In this document: positions 37,201 to 52,900 of the stretch, in pieces | How positions within the stretch are numbered: the stretch's first letter is position 1 | Layout: every line of letters starts with the position of its first letter | Source of the DNA: the human T2T-CHM13v2.0 reference genome, Homo sapiens | Strand: one strand, 5' to 3' | DNA: 64,000 bases | Assembly: GCF_009914755.1 (NCBI RefSeq) | Contig: NC_060939.1 | Made by a program: the position numbers and the translations under genes | The notes under the pieces: generated by a model | The model's input: only the letters and a program-made list of their open reading frames with translations | Databases searched by the model: none | What the model was told of the DNA's origin: nothing

Positions 37201-40200
37201 TCAATCCATTCCATTCCAGTCCATTCCATTCGAGTCCGTTCCATTCCAGTCCATTCCATTCGAGTCAATTCCATTCCATTCGATGTCTTTCCATAACGAT
37301 CCATTCCATTCTATTCCTTTCGATTCCATTCCATTCTATTTCATTCCATTCGATTCCCTTCCATTGGACTCCTTTCCATTCGAGTGCATTCCATTCCGTT
37401 CCATTTCTTTCCGTTCTGTACGATTCCTACCGTTCGATTTCATTTTCTTCCAGTCCATTCTTTCGCGTCCATTCCATTCCATTTCACTCCATTCGATTCC
37501 ATTCCACTCGATTCCACTTCGTTCCATTTCATTGCATTCCATTCTATTCAACTCTATTGCCTTCCATTCCATTCCATTCGATTACATTCCATGCGATTCC
37601 ATTCCAAATCGAATCAATTACATTGTAATCCATTACTATTGAGTCCGTTTTATTCCAGTCCACTGCATTCTGGTCCATTCCATTTGATTCCATTCCATTC
37701 TATTCCATTCCATACAGTTGCATTCCATTGGATTCCATGCTATATCTATAAATTCAATTCGAGACCATTGCTTTTGAGTCCATTCTATATGATTCCATTC
37801 CATTCAAGTCCATTACATTTGGTTAAATTCCATTCCATTCGGTTCAATTCCATTCCATTCCATTCCCTTCCATTCCATTCCAGTTGATATCAATCCATTC
37901 GATTCCATTCCATTCGAGCACATTCCATTCGAGTCCATTCCATTCGATGCCATTCCATTTGATTCTATTCCATTAGTCTCCATTCAATTCCATTAATCTC
38001 CATTCCATTCCATTCTACTCCAACTGATTCCATTCCATTCTATTCCTTTCCATTCCATTTCATTCCATTCCATTCCATTGCATTCCATTCCATTCCATTC
38101 CATTCGTGTCCATTCCACTCCAGTCCATTCCATTCGTATCCATTCCATTCCAGTCCATTCCATTTGTGTCCACTGCATTCCATTCCACTCCATTCCATAT
38201 TATTCCATTACACTCCATTCCATTCTATTACTTTCATTTCCATTCAATTCCATTCCATTTGATTCCATTCCACTCGGTTTCATTCCATTTGAGTCCACTC
38301 CATTCCATTCCATTCCATTCAGTTCCATTCCATTCTGTTCCATTCCATTCCGTTCCATTACATTCCATTCCATTCGGTACCATTCCATATTGTTCCATTC
38401 GATTCCATTCGAATCCATTCCATTCCAGTCCATTCCATTCGATTCCATTCCATTCATTTCAATTCCATTCCATTCCATTCCATTACATTCCACTTGATTC
38501 CTCTCCATTCCCTTCCACTGCATTCCGTTCGATTCCATTCCATTGCATTGCATTCCATTCCATTGGATTGCATTCCATTCGATTCCATTCCATTCGAATC
38601 AATTACATAGCAATCCATTACATTCGAGTCTATTCTCTTCCGTTCCATTCGATTTCGTTCCAATCCATTCGATTCCATTCCATTCGATTCCATTCCATAC
38701 TATTGCATTCCATTCGATTACATTATATTCGAATAAGTTCCATTCAAGACCATTTCTTTTGAGTCCATTCTATTTGAGTCCATTCCCTTTGATTCCATAA
38801 CATTTGAGTCCATTCAATTCCATTCCTTTCGTTTCCATTCCATTTGATGCCATTCCATTCAATTCTGTTCTACTCGACTCCAATACATTCAATTCCATTC
38901 CATCCGATTCCATTACATTCTTTTCATTTCTTATCCATTTCAAGCCATTCCACTCCATTCCATTCCACTCGTTTCCTTTCCATTCGAGTCCATTCCTCTC
39001 CAGTCCATTCCGTTCAATCCATTCCATTCCAGTCCATTCCATTCGAGTCCGTTCCATTCCAGTCCATTCCATTCGAGTCAATTCCATTCCATTCGATGTC
39101 TTTCCATAACGATCCATTCCATTCTATTCCTTTCGATTCCATTCCATTCTATTTCATTCCATTCGATTCCCTTCCATTGGACTCCTTTCCATTCGAGTGC
39201 ATTCCATTCCGTTCCATTTCTTTCCGTTCTGTACGATTCCTACCGTTCGATTTCATTTTGTTCCAGTCCATTCTTTCGCGTCCATTCCATTCCATTTCAC
39301 TCCATTCGATTCCATTCCACTCGATTCCACTTCGTTCCATTTCATTGCATTCCATTCTATTCAACTCTATTGCCTTCCATTCCATTCCATTCGATTACAT
39401 TCCATGCGATTCCATTCGAAATCGAATCAATTACATTGCAATCCATTACTATTGAGTCCGTTTTATTCCAGTCCACTGCATTCTGGTCCATTCCATTTGA
39501 TTCCATTCCATTCTATTCCATTCCATACAGTTGCATTCCATTGGATTCCATGCTATATCTATAAATTCAATTCGAGACCATTGCTTTTGAGTCCATTCTA
39601 TATGATTCCATTCCATTCAAGTCCATTACATTTGGTTAAATTCCATTCCATTCGGTTCAATTCCATTCCATTCCATTCCCTTCCATTCCATTCCAGTTGA
39701 TATCAATCCATTCGATTCCATTCCATTCGAGCACATTCCATTCGAGTCCATTCCATTCGATGCCATTCCATTTGATTCTATTCCATTAGTCTCCATTCAA
39801 TTCCATTAATCTCCATTCCATTCCATTCTACTCCAACTGATTCCATTCCATTCTATTCCTTTCCATTCCATTTCATTCCATTCCATTCCATTCCATTCCA
39901 TTCCATTCCATTCGTGTCCATTCCACTCCAGTCCATTCCATTCGTATCCATTCCATTCCAGTCCATTCCATTTGTGTCCACTGCATTCCATTCCACTCCA
40001 TTCCATATTATTCCATTACACTCCATTCCACTCTATTACTTTCATTTCCATTCAATTCCATTCCATTTGATTCCATTCCACTCGGTTTCATTCCATTTGA
40101 GTCCACTCCATTCCATTCCATTCCATTCAGTTCCATTCCATTCTGTTCCATTCCATTCCGTTCCATTACATTCCATTCCATTCGGTACCATTCCATATTG

Positions 40201-43200
40201 TTCCATTCGATTCCATTCGAATCCATTCCATTCCAGTCCATTCCATTCGATTCCATTCCATTCATTTCAATTCCATTCCATTCCATTCCATTACATTCCA
40301 CTTGATTCCTCTCCATTCCCTTCCACTGCATTCCGTTCGATTCCATTCCATTGCATTGCATTCCATTCCATTGGATTGCATTCCATTCGATTCCATTCCA
40401 TTCGAATCAATTACATAGCAATCCATTACATTCGAGTCTATTCTCTTCCGTTCCATTCGATTTCGTTCCAATCCATTCGAATCCATTCCATTCGATTCCA
40501 TTCCATACTATTGCATTCCATTCGATTACATTATATTCGAATAAGTTCCATTCAAGACCATTTCTTTTGAGTCCATTCTATTTGAGTCCATTCCCTTTGA
40601 TTCCATAACATTTGAGTCCATTCAATTCCATTCCTTTCGTTTCCATTCCATTTGATGCCATTCCATTCAATTCTGTTCTACTCGACTCCAATACATTCAA
40701 TTCCATTCCATCCGATTCCATTACATTCTTTTCATTCCTTATCCATTTCAAGCCATTCCACTCCATTCCATTCCACTCGTTTCCTTTCCATTCGAGTCCA
40801 TTCCTCTCCAGTCCATTCCGTTCAATCCATTCCATTCCAGTCCATTCCATTCGAGTCCGTTCCATTCCAGTCCATTCCATTCGAGTCAATTCCATTCCAT
40901 TCGATGTCTTTCCATAACGACCCATTCCATTCTATTCCTTTCGATTCCATTCCATTCTATTTCATTCCATTCGATTCCCTTCCATTGGACTCCTTTCCAT
41001 TCGAGTGCATTCCATTCCGTTCCATTTCTTTCCGTTCTGTACGATTCCTACCGTTCGATTTCATTTTGTTCCAGTCCATTCTTTCGCGTCCATTCCATTC
41101 CATTTCACTCCATTCGATTCCATTCCACTCGATTCCACTTCGTTCCATTTCATTGCATTCCATTCTATTCAACTCTATTGCCTTCCATTCCATTCCATTC
41201 GATTACATTCCATGCGATTCCATTCGAAATCGAATCAATTACATTGCAATCCATTACTATTGAGTCCGTTTTATTCCAGTCCACTGCATTCTGGTCCATT
41301 CCATTTGATTCCATTCCATTCTATTCCATTCCATACAGTTGCATTCCATTGGATTCCATGCTATATCTATAAATTCAATTCGAGACCACTGCTTTTGAGT
41401 CCATTCTATATGATTCCATTCCATTCAAGTCCATTACATTTGGTTAAATTCCATTCCATTCGGTTCAATTCCATTCCATTCCATTCCCTTCCATTCCATT
41501 CCAGTTGATATCAATCCATTCGATTCCATTCCATTCGAGCACATTCCATTCGAGTCCATTCCATTCGATGCCATTCCATTTGATTCTATTCCATTAGTCT
41601 CCATTCAATTCCATTAATCTCCATTCCATTCCATTCTACTCCAACTGATTCCATTCCATTCTATTCCTTTTTATTCCATTTCATTCCATTCCATTCCATT
41701 CCATTCCATTCCATTCGTGTCCATTCCACTCCAGTCCATTCCATTCGTATCCATTCCATTCCAGTCCATTCCATTTGTGTCCACTGCATTCCATTCCACT
41801 CCATTGCATATTATTCCATTACACTCCATTCCATTCTATTACTTTCATTTCCATTCAATTCCATTCCATTTGATTCCATTCCACTCGGTTTCATTCCATT
41901 TGAGTCCACTCCATTCCATTCCATTCCATTCAGTTCCATTCCATTCTGTTCCATTCCATTCCGTTCCATTACATTCCATTCCATTCGGTACCATTCCATA
42001 TTGTTCCATTCGATTCCATTCGAATCCATTCCATTCCAGTCCATTCCATTCGATTCCATTCCATTCATTTCAATTCCATTCCATTCCATTCCATTACATT
42101 CCACTTGATTCCTCTCCATTCCCTTCCACTGCATTCCGTTCGATTCCATTCCATTGCATTGCATTCCATTCCATTGGATTGCATTCCATTCGATTCCATT
42201 CCATTCGAATCAATTACATAGCAATCCATTACATTCGAGTCTATTCTCTTCCGTTCCATTCGATTTCGTTCCAATCCATTCGATTCCATTCCATTCGATT
42301 CCATTCCATACTATTGCATTCCATTCGATTACATTATATTCGAATAAGTTCCATTCAAGACCATTTCTTTTGAGTCCATTCTATTTGAGTCCATTCCCTT
42401 TGATTCCATAACATTTGAGTCCATTCAATTCCATTCCTTTCGTTTCCATTCCATTTGATGCCATTCCATTCAATTCTGTTCTACTCGACTCCAATACATT
42501 CAATTCCATTCCATCCGATTCCATTACATTCTTTTCATTTCTTATCCATTTCAAGCCATTCCACTCCATTCCATTCCACTCGTTTCCTTTCCATTCGAGT
42601 CCATTCCTCTCCAGTCCATTCCGTTCAATCCATTCCATTCCAGTCCATTCCATTCGAGTCCGTTCCATTCCAGTCCATTCCATTCGAGTCAATTCCATTC
42701 CATTCGATGTCTTTCCATAACGATCCATTCCATTCTATTCCTTTCGATTCCATTCCATTCTATTTCATTCCATTCGATTCCCTTCCATTGGACTCCTTTC
42801 CATTCGAGTGCATTCCATTCCGTTCCATTTCTTTCCGTTCTGTACGATTCCTACCGTTCGATTTCATTTTCTTCCAGTCCATTCTTTCGCGTCCATTCCA
42901 TTCCATTTCACTCCATTCGATTCCATTCCACCCGATTCCACTTCGTTCCATTTCATTGCATTCCATTCTATTCAACTCTATTGCCTTCCATTCCATTCCA
43001 TTCGATTACATTCCATGCGATTCCATTCGAAATCGAATCAATTACATTGCAATCCATTACTATTGAGTCCGTTTTATTCCAGTCCACTGCATTCTGGTCC
43101 ATTCCATTTGATTCCATTCCATTCTATTCCATTCCATACAGTTGCATTCCATTGGATTCCATGCTATATCTATAAATTCAATTCGAGACCATTGCTTTTG

Positions 43201-43960
43201 AGTCCATTCTATATGATTCCATTCCATTCAAGTCCATTACATTTGGTTCAATTCCATTCCATTCCATTCCCTTCCATTCCATTCCAGTTGATATCAATCC
43301 ATTCGATTCCATTCCATTCGAGCACATTCCATTCGAGTCCATTCCATTCGATGCCATTCCATTTGATTCTATTCCATTAGTCTCCATTCAATTCCATTAA
43401 TCTCCATTCCATTCCATTCTACTCCAACTGATTCCATTCCATTCTATTCCTTTCCATTCCATTTCATTCCATTCCATTCCATTTCATTCCATTCCATTCC
43501 ATTCGTGTCCATTCCACTCCAGTCCATTCCATTCGTGTCCATTCCATTCCAGTCCATTCCATTTGTGTCCACTGCATTCCATTCCACTCCATTCCATATT
43601 ATTCCATTACACTCCATTCCATTCTATTACTTTCATTTCCATTCAATTCCATTCCATTTGATTCCATTCCACTCGGTTTCATTCCATTTGAGTCCACTCC
43701 ATTCCATTCCATTCCATTCAGTTCCATTCCATTCTGTTCCATTCCATTCCGTTCCATTACATTCCATTCCATTCGGTACCATTCCATATTGTTCCATTCG
43801 ATTCCATTCGAATCCATTCCATTCCAGTCCATTCCATTCGATTCCATTCCATTCATTTCAATTCCATTCCATTCCATTCCATTACATTCCACTTGATTCC
43901 TCTCCATTCCCTTCCACTGCATTCCGTTCGATTCCATTCCATTGCATTGCATTCCATTCC

Positions 43961-43990
43961 ATTGGATTGCATTCCATTGGATTGCATTCC
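43961..43990 (+). repeat. 15 bp direct tandem duplication (attggattgcattcc x2); also at 60309-60338
   Basis: Read directly. Visible in the ORF track as HWIAFHWIAF only in these two units. Confidence 0.92.
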
Positions 43991-46900
43991 ATTCGATTCC
44001 ATTCCATTCGAATCAATTACGTAGCAATCCATTACATTCGAGTCTATTCTCTTCCGTTCCATTCGATTTCGTTCCAATCCATTCGATTCCATTCCATTCG
44101 ATTCCATTCCATACTATTGCATTCCATTCGATTACATTATATTCGAATAAGTTCCATTCAAGACCATTTCTTTTGAGTCCATTCTATTTGAGTCCATTCC
44201 CTTTGATTCCATAACATTTGAGTCCATTCAATTCCATTCCTTTCGTTTCCATTCCATTTGATGCCATTCCATTCAATTCTGTTCTACTCGACTCCAATAC
44301 ATTCAATTCCATTCCATCCGATTCCATTACATTCTTTTCATTTCTTATCCATTTCAAGCCATTCCACTCCATTCCATTCCACTCGTTTCCTTTCCATTCG
44401 AGTCCATTCCTCTCCAGTCCATTCCGTTCAATCCATTCCATTCCAGTCCATTCCATTCGAGTCCGTTCCATTCCAGTCCATTCCATTCGAGTCAATTCCA
44501 TTCCATTCGATGTCTTTCCATAACGATCCATTCCATTCTATTCCTTTCGATTCCATTCCATTCTATTTCATTCCATTCGATTCCCTTCCATTGGACTCCT
44601 TTCCATTCGAGTGCATTCCATTCCGTTCCATTTCTTTCCGTTCTGTACGATTCCTACCGTTCGATTTCATTTTGTTCCAGTCCATTCCTTTCGCGTCCAT
44701 TCCATTCCATTTCACTCCATTCGATTCCATTCCACTCGATTCCACTTCGTTCCATTTCATTGCATTCCATTCTATTCAACTCTATTGCCTTCCATTCCAT
44801 TCCATTCGATTACATTCCATGCGATTCCATTCGAAATCGAATCAATTACATTGCAATCCATTACTATTGAGTCCGTTTTATTCCAGTCCACTGCATTCTG
44901 GTCCATTCCATTTGATTCCATTCCATTCTATTCCATTCCATACAGTTGCATTCCATTGGATTCCATGCTATATCTATAAATTCAATTCGAGACCATTGCT
45001 TTTGAGTCCATTCTATATGATTCCATTCCATTCAAGTCCATTACATTTGGTTAAATTCCATTCCATTCGGTTCAATTCCATTCCATTCCATTCCCTTCCA
45101 TTCCATTCCAGTTGATATCAATCCATTCGATTCCATTCCATTCGAGCACATTCCATTCGAGTCCATTCCATTCGATGCCATTCCATTTGATTCTATTCCA
45201 TTAGTCTCCATTCAATTCCATTAATCTCCATTCCATTCCATTCTACTCCAACTGATTCCATTCCATTCTATTCCTTTCCATTCCATTTCATTCCATTCCA
45301 TTCCATTGCATTCCATTCCATTCCATTCCATTCGTGTCCATTCCACTCCAGTCCATTCCATTCGTATCCATTCCATTCCAGTCCATTCCATTTGTGTCCA
45401 CTGCATTCCATTCCACTCCATTCCATATTATTCCATTACACTCCATTCCATTCTATTACTTTCATTTCCATTCAATTCCATTCCATTTGATTCCATTCCA
45501 CTCGGTTTCATTCCATTTGAGTCCACTCCATTCCATTCCATTCCATTCAGTTCCATTCCATTCTGTTCCATTCCATTCCGTTCCATTACATTCCATTCCA
45601 TTCGGTACCATTCCATATTGTTCCATTCGATTCCATTCGAATCCGTTCCATTCCAGTCCATTCCATTCGATTCCATTCCATTCATTTCAATTCCATTCCA
45701 TTCCATTCCATTCCATTCCATTCCACTTGATTCCTCTCCATTCCCTTCCACTGCATTCCGTTCGATTCCATTCCATTGCATTGCATTCCATTCCATTGGA
45801 TTGCATTCCATTCGATTCCATTCCATTCGAATCAATTACATAGCAATCCATTACATTCGAGTCTATTCTCTTCCGTTCCATTCGATTTCGTTCCAATCCA
45901 TTCGATTCCATTCCATTCGATTCCATTCCATACTATTGCATTCCATTCGATTACATTATATTCGAATAAGTTCCATTCAAGACCATTTCTTTTGAGTCCA
46001 TTCTATTTGAGTCCATTCCCTTTGATTCCATAACATTTGAGTCCATTCAATTCCATTCCTTTCGTTTCCATTCCATTTGATGCCATTCCATTCAATTCTG
46101 TTCTACTCGACTCCAATACATTCAATTCCATTCCATCCGATTCCATTACATTCTTTCCATTTCTTATCCATTTCAAGCCATTCCACTCCATTCCATTCCA
46201 CTCGTTTCCTTTCCATTCGAGTCCATTCCTCTCCAGTCCATTCCGTTCAATCCATTCCATTCCAGTCCATTCCATTCGAGTCCGTTCCATTCCAGTCCAT
46301 TCCATTCGAGTCAATTCCATTCCATTCGATGTCTTTCCATAACGATCCATTCCATTCTATTCCTTTCGATTCCATTCCATTCTATTTCATTCCATTCGAT
46401 TCCCTTCCATTGGACTCCTTTCCATTCGAGTGCATTCCATTCCGTTCCATTTCTTTCCGTTCTGTACGATTCCTACCGTTCGATTTCATTTTGTTCCAGT
46501 CCATTCTTTCGCGTCCATTCCATTCCATTTCACTCCATTCGATTCCATTCCACTCGATTCCACTTCGTTCCATTTCATTGCATTCCATTCTATTCAACTC
46601 TATTGCCTTCCATTCCATTCCATTCGATTACATTCCATGCGATTCCATTCGAAATCGAATCAATTACATTGCAATCCATTACTATTGAGTCCGTTTTATT
46701 CCAGTCCACTGCATTCTGGTCCATTCCATTTGATTCCATTCCATTCTATTCCATTCCATACAGTTGCATTCCATTGGATTCCATGCTATATCTATAAATT
46801 CAATTCGAGACCATTGCTTTTGAGTCCATTCTATATGATTCCATTCCATTCAAGTCCATTACATTTGGTTAAATTCCATTCCATTCGGTTCAATTCCATT

Positions 46901-49900
46901 CCATTCCATTCCCTTCCATTCGGTTCAATTCCATTCCATTCCATTCCCTTCCATTCCATTCCAGTTGATATCAATCCATTCGATTCCATTCCATTCGAGC
47001 ACATTCCATTCGAGTCCATTCCATTCGATGCCATTCCATTTGATTCTATTCCATTAGTCTCCATTCAATTCCATTAATCTCCATTCCATTCCATTCTACT
47101 CCAACTGATTCCATTCCATTCTATTACTTTTTATTCCATTTCATTCCATTGCATTCCATTCCATTCCATTCCATTCGTGTCCATTCCACTCCAGTCCATT
47201 CCATTCGTATCCATTCCATTCCAGTCCATTCCATTTGTGTCCACTGCATTCCATTCCACTCCATTCCATATTATTCCATTACACTCCATTCCATTCTATT
47301 ACTTTCATTTCCATTCAATTCCATTCCATTTGATTCCATTCCACTCGGTTTCATTCCATTTGAGTCCACTCCATTCCATTCCATTCCATTCAGTTCCATT
47401 CCATTCTGTTCCGTTCCATTCCGTTCCATTACATTCCATTCCATTCGGTACCATTCCATATTGTTCCATTCGATTCCATTCGAATCCATTCCATTCCAGT
47501 CCATTCCATTCGATTCCATTCCATTCATTTCAATTCCATTCCATTCCATTCCATTACATTCCACTTGATTCCTCTCCATTCCCTTCCACTGCATTCCGTT
47601 CGATTCCATTCCATTGCATTGCATTCCATTCCATTGGATTGCATTCCATTCGATTCCATTCCATTCGAATCAATTACATAGCAATCCATTACATTCGAGT
47701 CTATTCTCTTCCGTTCCATTCGATTTCGTTCCAATCCATTCGATTCCATTCCATTCGATTCCATTCCATACTATTGCATTCCATTCGATTACATTATATT
47801 CGAATAAGTTCCATTCAAGACCATTTCTTTTGAGTCCATTCTATTTGAGTCCATTCCCTTTGATTCCATAACATTTGAGTCCATTCAATTCCATTCCTTT
47901 CGTTTCCATTCCATTTGATGCCATTCCATTCAATTCTGTTCTACTCGACTCCAATACATTCAATTCCATTCCATCCGATTCCATTACATTCTTTTCATTT
48001 CTTATCCATTTCAAGCCATTCCACTCCATTCCATTCCACTCGTTTCCTTTCCATTCGAGTCCATTCCTCTCCAGTCCATTCCGTTCAATCCATTCCATTC
48101 CAGTCCATTCCATTCGAGTCCGTTCCATTCCAGTCCATTCCATTCGAGTCAATTCCATTCCATTCGATGTCTTTCCATAACGATCCATTCCATTCTATTC
48201 CTTTCGATTCCATTCCATTCTATTTCATTCCATTCGATTCCCTTCCATTGGACTCCTTTCCATTCGAGTGCATTCCATTCCGTTCCATTTCTTTCCGTTC
48301 TGTACGATTCCTACCGTTCGATTTCATTTTGTTCCAGTCCATTCTTTCGCGTCCATTCCATTCCATTTCACTCCATTCGATTCCATTCCACTCGATTCCA
48401 CTTCGTTCCATTTCATTGCATTCCATTCTATTCAACTCTATTGCCTTCCATTCCATTCCATTCGATTACATTCCATGCGATTCCATTCGAAATCGAATCA
48501 ATTACATTGCAATCCATTACTATTGAGTCCGTTTTATTCCAGTCCACTGCATTCTGGTCCATTCCATTTGATTCCATTCCATTCTATTCCATTCCATACA
48601 GTTGCATTCCATTGGATTCCATGCTATATCTATAAATTCAATTCGAGACCATTGCTTTTGAGTCCATTCTATATGATTCCATTCCATTCAAGTCCATTAC
48701 ATTTGGTTAAATTCCATTCCATTCGGTTCAATTCCATTCCATTCCATTCCCTTCCATTCCATTCCAGTTGATATCAATCCATTCGATTCCATTCCATTCG
48801 AGCACATTCCATTCGAGTCCATTCCATTCGATGCCATTCCATTTGATTCTATTCCATTAGTCTCCATTCAATTCCATTAATCTCCATTCCATTCCATTCT
48901 ACTCCAACTGATTCCATTCCATTCTATTCCTTTCCATTCCATTTCATTCCATTCCATTCCATTCCATTCCATTCCATTCCATTCGTGTCCATTCCACTCC
49001 AGTCCATTCCATTCGTATCCATTCCATTCCAGTCCATTCCATTTGTGTCCACTGCATTCCATTCCACTCCATTCCATATTATTCCATTACACTCCATTCC
49101 ATTCTATTACTTTCATTTCCATTCAATTCCATTCCATTTGATTCCATTCCACTCGGTTTCATTCCATTTGAGTCCACTCCATTCCATTCCATTCCATTCA
49201 GTTCCATTCCATTCTGTTCCATTCCATTCCGTTCCATTACATTCCATTCCATTCGGTACCATTCCATATTGTTCCATTCGATTCCATTCGAATCCATTCC
49301 ATTCCAGTCCATTCCATTCGATTCTATTCCATTCATTTCAATTCCATTCCATTCCATTCCATTACATTCCACTTGATTCCTCTCCATTCCCTTCCACTGC
49401 ATTCCGTTCGATTCCATTCCATTGCATTGCATTCCATTCCATTGGATTGCATTCCATTCGATTCCATTCCATTCGAATCAATTACATAGCAATCCATTAC
49501 ATTCGAGTCTATCCTCTTCCGTTCCATTCGATTTCGTTCCAATCCATTCGAATCCATTCCATTCGATTCCATTCCATACTATTGCATTCCATTCGATTAC
49601 ATTATATTCGAATAAGTTCCATTCAAGACCATTTCTTTTGAGTCCATTCTATTTGAGTCCATTCCCTTTGATTCCATAACATTTGAGTCCATTCAATTCC
49701 ATTCCTTTCGTTTCCATTCCATTTGATGCCATTCCATTCAATTCTGTTCTACTCGACTCCAATACATTCAATTCCATTCCATCCGATTCCATTACATTCT
49801 TTTCATTCCTTATCCATTTCAAGCCATTCCACTCCATTCCATTCCACTCGTTTCCTTTCCATTCGAGTCCATTCCTCTCCAGTCCATTCCGTTCAATCCA

Positions 49901-52900
49901 TTCCATTCCAGTCCATTCCATTCGAGTCCGTTCCATTCCAGTCCATTCCATTCGAGTCAATTCCATTCCTTTCGATGTCTTTCCATAACGATCCATTCCA
50001 TTCTATTCCTTTCGATTCCATTCCATTCTATTTCATTCCATTCGATTCCCTTCCATTGGACTCCTTTCCATTCGAGTGCATTCCATTCCGTTCCATTTCT
50101 TTCCGTTCTGTACGATTCCTACCGTTCGATTTCATTTTGTTCCAGTCCATTCTTTCGCGTCCATTCCATTCCATTTCACTCCATTCGATTCCATTCCACT
50201 CGATTCCACTTCGTTCCATTTCATTGCATTCCATTCTATTCAACTCTATTGCCTTCCATTCCATTCCATTCGATTACATTCCATGCGATTCCATTCGAAA
50301 TCGAATCAATTACATTGCAATCCATTACTATTGAGTCCGTTTTATTCCAGTCCACTGCATTCTGGTCCATTCCATTTGATTCCATTCCATTCTATTCCAT
50401 TCCATACAGTTGCATTCCATTGGATTCCATGCTATATCTATAAATTCAATTCGAGACCATTGCTTTTGAGTCCATTCTATATGATTCCATTCCATTCAAG
50501 TCCATTACATTTGGTTAAATTCCATTCCATTCGGTTCAATTCCATTCCATTCCATTCCCTTCCATTCGGTTCAATTCCATTCCATTCCATTCCCTTCCAT
50601 TCCATTCCAGTTGATATCAATCCATTCGATTCCATTCCATTCGAGCACATTCCATTCGAGTCCATTCCATTCGATGCCATTCCATTTGATTCTATTCCAT
50701 TAGTCTCCATTCAATTCCATTAATCTCCATTCCATTCCATTCTACTCCAACTGATTCCATTCCATTCTATTCCTTTTTATTCCATTTCATTCCATTGCAT
50801 TCCATTCCATTCCATTCCATTCGTGTCCATTCCACTCCAGTCCATTCCATTCGTATCCATTCCATTCCAGTCCATTCCATTTGTGTCCACTGCATTCCAT
50901 TCCACTCCATTCCATATTATTCCATTACACTCCATTCCATTCTATTACTTTCATTTCCATTCAATTCCATTCCATTTGATTCCATTCCACTCGGTTTCAT
51001 TCCATTTGAGTCCACTCCATTCCATTCCATTCCATTCAGTTCCATTCCATTCTGTTCCGTTCCATTCCGTTCCATTACATTCCATTCCATTCGGTACCAT
51101 TCCATATTGTTCCATTCGATTCCATTCGAATCCATTCCATTCCAGTCCATTCCATTCGATTCCATTCCATTCATTTCAATTCCATTCCATTCCATTCCAT
51201 TACATTCCACTTGATTCCTCTCCATTCCCTTCCACTGCATTCCGTTCGATTCCATTCCATTGCATTGCATTCCATTCCATTGGATTGCATTCCATTCGAT
51301 TCCATTCCATTCGAATCAATTACATAGCAATCCATTACATTCGAGTCTATTCTCTTCCGTTCCATTCGATTTCGTTCCAATCCATTCGATTCCATTCCAT
51401 TCGATTCCATTCCATACTATTGCATTCCATTCGATTACATTATATTCGAATAAGTTCCATTCAAGACCATTTCTTTTGAGTCCATTCTATTTGAGTCCAT
51501 TCCCTTTGATTCCATAACATTTGAGTCCATTCAATTCCATTCCTTTCGTTTCCATTCCATTTGATGCCATTCCATTCAATTCTGTTCTACTCGACTCCAA
51601 TACATTCAATTCCATTCCATCCGATTCCATTACATTCTTTTCATTTCTTATCCATTTCAAGCCATTCCACTCCATTCCATTCCACTCGTTTCCTTTCCAT
51701 TCGAGTCCATTCCTCTCCAGTCCATTCCGTTCAATCCATTCCATTCCAGTCCATTCCATTCGAGTCCGTTCCATTCCAGTCCATTCCATTCGAGTCAATT
51801 CCATTCCATTCGATGTCTTTCCATAACGATCCATTCCATTCTATTCCTTTCGATTCCATTCCATTCTATTTCATTCCATTCGATTCCCTTCCATTGGACT
51901 CCTTTCCATTCGAGTGCATTCCATTCCGTTCCATTTCTTTCCGTTCTGTACGATTCCTACCGTTCGATTTCATTTTGTTCCAGTCCATTCTTTCGCGTCC
52001 ATTCCATTCCATTTCACTCCATTCGATTCCATTCCACTCGATTCCACTTCGTTCCATTTCATTGAATTCCATTCTATTCAACTCTATTGCCTTCCATTCC
52101 ATTCCATTCGATTACATTCCATGCGATTCCATTCGAAATCGAATCAATTACATTGCAATCCATTACTATTGAGTCCGTTTTATTCCAGTCCACTGCATTC
52201 TGGTCCATTCCATTTGATTCCATTCCATTCTATTCCATTCCATACAGTTGCATTCCATTGGATTCCATGCTATATCTATAAATTCAATTCGAGACCATTG
52301 CTTTTGAGTCCATTCTATATGATTCCATTCCATTCAAGTCCATTACATTTGGTTAAATTCCATTCCATTCGGTTCAATTCCATTCCATTCCATTCCCTTC
52401 CATTCCATTCCAGTTGATATCAATCCATTCGATTCCATTCCATTCGAGCACATTCCATTCGAGTCCATTCCATTCGATGCCATTCCATTTGATTCTACTC
52501 CATTAGTCTCCATTCAATTCCATTAATCTCCATTCCATTCCATTCTACTCCAACTGATTCCATTCCATTCTATTCCTTTCCATTCCATTTCATTCCATTC
52601 CATTCCATTGCATTCCATTCCATTCCATTCCATTCGTGTCCATTCCACTCCAGTCCATTCCATTCGTATCCATTCCATTCCAGTCCATTCCATTTGTGTC
52701 CACTGCATTCCATTCCACTCCATTCCATATTATTCCATTACACTCCATTCCATTCTATTACTTTCATTTCCATTCAATTCCATTCCATTTGATTCCATTC
52801 CACTCGGTTTCATTCCATTTGAGTCCACTCCATTCCATTCCATTCCATTCAGTTCCATTCCATTCTGTTCCATTCCATTCCGTTCCATTACATTCCATTC

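Noticed and set aside
52064-52069. EcoRI site suggesting reappearance of the left-half subtype
   Set aside because: It is a singleton C>A change at a different unit position, without any of the linked markers.
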